6,089 bases of DNA, taken from the sequence record NC_001730.1. One strand, 5' to 3'. How positions within the stretch are numbered: position 1 is the stretch's first letter; each line of letters begins with the position of its first letter. Under the pieces are notes generated by a model. It was given only the letters and a program-made list of their open reading frames with translations. It was not told the origin of the DNA and ran no database searches. The stretch comes from Escherichia phage phiK. Positions 4,392 to 6,089 of this stretch are shown here, in pieces. The translations under genes and the position numbers were made by a program.

Positions 4392-4955
4392 ATGTATCAA
4401 ATTTTTGTTACTAAGCATGATACCGCCATTCAGACCTCCCGTTTTTCTGTTACTGGCAGTATCACTCCTGTTGCGCCTACTGGTAATATCCCTGTTATCA
4501 ATACTGGTAATATTACTGCTGAGCATGCTGTTGTTAGTCTTTATGCTAATTTGACTGCTGGCACCTCTTCTGATGGTTCTTTTATTGTTGCTATGAAGGT
4601 TGACACTTCTCCTGCTGACCCCAATTGCGTTATCTCTGCTGGTGTTAACCTTAGTTTTGCTGGTACCTCATACCCGATTGTTGGCATTGTTCGTTTTGAG
4701 TCTGCTTCTGACCAGCCCACTTCTATTGCTGGTAGCCAGATTGAGCATTACCCAATTGAAATGTCTGTAGGTTCTGGTGGTGTTTGTTCTGCTCGCGATT
4801 GCGTTACTGTTGATATTCATCCTCGCGCTTTTGGCAATAATGTTTTTGTTGGCGTGATTTGTTCTAGTGCTAAATGGACCTCCGGTCGTGTGCTTGGTAC
4901 CATCGCTACGACTCAGGTTATTCGTGAGTATCAGGTCCTTCAGCCGCTTAAATAA
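4392..4955 (+). CDS. G: Gene G protein, major spike protein, 187 aa
   Basis: ATG 4392, stop TAA 4953-4955. Matches phiX174 G in conserved blocks: VRFES, KDCVT.D..PR..GNNV.VG and C-terminal L.QVI.E...LQPLK. Confidence 0.95.
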   Translation: MYQIFVTKHDTAIQTSRFSVTGSITPVAPTGNIPVINTGNITAEHAVVSLYANLTAGTSSDGSFIVAMKVDTSPADPNCVISAGVNLSFAGTSYPIVGIVRFESASDQPTSIAGSQIEHYPIEMSVGSGGVCSARDCVTVDIHPRAFGNNVFVGVICSSAKWTSGRVLGTIATTQVIREYQVLQPLK

Positions 4956-5090
4956 AAGGCCGCCGCACTCCTGGTTATGTGTCTGCCCAGTGTAGGGCGG
5001 ACCGAGCCATACGGAGATACCCGATAAACTAGGAACGTGGAAGGCGTTAGCCGCCTTCCCTCCTGCTAAGCCCAAAAAGGAGCTTACAAT
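4956..5090 (+). other. Structured GC-rich G-H intergenic region; candidate complementary (-) strand origin recognised by DnaG primase
   Basis: 135-nt non-coding spacer (I recall about 11 nt in phiX174) with two stable hairpins: 4981-5002 (GTCTGCCC/GGGCGGAC, 6-nt loop, one G-U pair) and 5039-5059 (GGAAGGCG/CGCCTTCC, 5-nt loop). Ends with the H SD AGGAG at 5078-5082. G4-type phages carry a primase-dependent origin in a hairpin-rich spacer between late genes. Assignment here is by analogy. Confidence 0.4.
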
Positions 5091-6089
5091 ATGCTTGGTA
5101 GTATCATTGGAGGCATTGGTTCATCGCTGCTCGGAGGAATTGCTTCCGGCGGTATCTCCAGCCTCCTTAATAAAATGTTCAGTAAAATGCCAGAACATGC
5201 CGCCTCTTCTGCTGGCCTTACTAATGGTCAAGGTACTATTGGTATGGATACTGATGCTGGTATTCAGTCTGCTATTCAGGGTTCTAATGTTCCTCCTGCT
5301 GGTCAATTGCCCGCTTCTAATACTTCTGGTGTTATGGCTGATGCTGGTAATATGATTCGTAATGCTGGTAGAGCTTTGCTTGATGGTACGATTCAGGCTG
5401 GCTCTGATAAGGTTAAAGAGGCTCTTATTGATAAGTTGGTTGGAGGTAATGATGCTAAAGACCGAGGAAAGGCAACCCGTGATTACTTGGCAGCGGCTTT
5501 CCCTGAGCTCAACCCGTGGGAGCGTGCTGGAGCTGGTGCTTCCACTGCCGGGTTAGAGTCTTCTGCTCAGAATCAACAAAAAGAGATGCTTAAAATGCAA
5601 CTGGATAACCAGAAGGATATTGCTAAGATGCAGATGAATAACAATTTGCAGATTGCTGGAATTCAGTCCGCTACATCTCGTCAAAATACGAAGGATTCTG
5701 TTTATGCCCAGAATGAAATGCTTCAGTATAATCAACGTGAGTCGCAGGCACGCGTTGCGTCTATCCTCGCCAACACTGACCTTACGACTAAGCAGGCCAC
5801 CCATGAAATTATGAGGATGGCTCTTACTCGTGCTCAGGAAACTGGTCAGCATTTGACTAACTCTCAGATTATGGCTTTGGAGAAAAAGGTTTATGCAGAA
5901 ATTGGAAAAATTCATCAAGATACTCAAAATTCTCGTTATGGTAGCTCTCAAGTTACTGCCGCAGCGAAAGACGTTACGAATATGATTACTGACGCCTCTT
6001 CAGGTCTTGCTGATTGGGCCTCCCAGCAGTGGGATTCGTTCTTTAAGGATGGCAAGTCTGATGGCATTCCTCTCAATACTAGAAAATAA
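5091..6089 (+). CDS. H: Gene H protein, minor spike / DNA pilot protein, 332 aa
   Basis: ATG 5091 (AGGAG 5078-5082), stop TAA 6087-6089. Matches phiX174 H: glycine-rich N-terminus, SAIQGSNVP, TRDYLAAAFPELN.WERAGA, KMQLDNQK, IAGIQSATSRQNTKD.VYAQNEML, ARVASI, QNSRYGSS, KDGK.DGI. Confidence 0.95.
   Translation: MLGSIIGGIGSSLLGGIASGGISSLLNKMFSKMPEHAASSAGLTNGQGTIGMDTDAGIQSAIQGSNVPPAGQLPASNTSGVMADAGNMIRNAGRALLDGTIQAGSDKVKEALIDKLVGGNDAKDRGKATRDYLAAAFPELNPWERAGAGASTAGLESSAQNQQKEMLKMQLDNQKDIAKMQMNNNLQIAGIQSATSRQNTKDSVYAQNEMLQYNQRESQARVASILANTDLTTKQATHEIMRMALTRAQETGQHLTNSQIMALEKKVYAEIGKIHQDTQNSRYGSSQVTAAAKDVTNMITDASSGLADWASQQWDSFFKDGKSDGIPLNTRK

Noticed and set aside
4977-5027. 16-codon ORF (MCLPSVGRTEPYGDTR) in the G-H spacer
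   Set aside because: No Shine-Dalgarno; it lies entirely within the hairpin region, which is better explained as a structured origin or regulatory element.
4956-5090. Intrinsic terminator after gene G
   Set aside because: The hairpins in this spacer are not followed by a U-run, so a classical rho-independent terminator is not supported. Structured origin is the preferred reading.
5095-5355. Possible E-like overprinted membrane protein inside gene H
   Set aside because: It is hydrophobic, but the ORF-track start is not an ATG with an SD, there is no similarity to E, and the hydrophobicity is explained by the frame-shift composition artefact. Conservation data would be needed before revisiting.
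5220-5375. Short repeated ATGCTGGTA motifs in gene H
   Set aside because: These are codon-level repeats encoding recurring D/N-A-G tripeptides in a low-complexity part of H, not an independent repeat element.
98-5556. Off-frame + strand ORFs with Leu-rich hydrophobic translations (98..328, 780..1025, 1323..1631, 3244..3450, 3523..3915, 4024..4350, 5095..5355, 5362..5556)
   Set aside because: They lie in the +1/+2 frames of known genes, where T-rich third positions become first/second positions and generate Leu/Phe/Val runs. They have no SD/ATG context or homology. Only the 2668..2901 frame is accepted, because it matches lysis protein E.
103-5951. All minus-strand ORFs in the track (103..360, 414..647, 740..1030, 1181..1648, 2221..2433, 2556..2756, 3237..3437, 3876..4127, 4155..4526, 4668..5075, 5121..5306, 5553..5951)
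   Set aside because: Each is antisense to a strongly supported + strand gene. Microviruses transcribe only one strand (the packaged strand is mRNA-sense). The translations are low-complexity and lack plausible ribosome-binding sites; open antisense frames are expected from the T-rich third positions.
1-6089. CRISPR array, tRNA/rRNA genes, insertion sequence or transposase, integrase
   Set aside because: No direct-repeat/spacer periodicity, no tRNA-like cloverleaf candidates, no terminal inverted repeats and no recombinase-like ORFs. The window is fully accounted for by a microvirus genome.

Overview
This window reads as one complete, linearised genome of a phiX174-family microvirus (Microviridae/Bullavirinae), most like the alpha3/St-1 group (24-aa J protein, about 6.1 kb). 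All eleven canonical genes lie on the + strand in the classical order A(A*)-B-K-C-D-E-J-F-G-H across 758..6089, with the usual overprinted genes (B and A* inside A, K across the A/C junction, E inside D) and a phiX-like viral-strand origin inside gene A. The part worth a second look is 1..757, the H-to-A spacer once the circle is closed. It is far longer than the spacer I recall for phiX174 and carries three tightly coupled ORFs (about 122, 29 and 70 aa) with Shine-Dalgarno sequences and the same third-position T bias as the known genes, ending in a hairpin plus T-run just before gene A. I do not recognise any of the three proteins, so this is a candidate accessory module, not a proven one. 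Two further non-coding elements stand out: near-identical GGGCC-TTCG-GGCCC hairpin/RBS modules ahead of both F and G, and a 135-nt GC-rich structured G-H spacer that may be the primase-dependent complementary-strand origin. All calls come from reading the sequence and from recalled phiX174/G4 protein sequences; no database search was run, and percentages are approximate hand counts.
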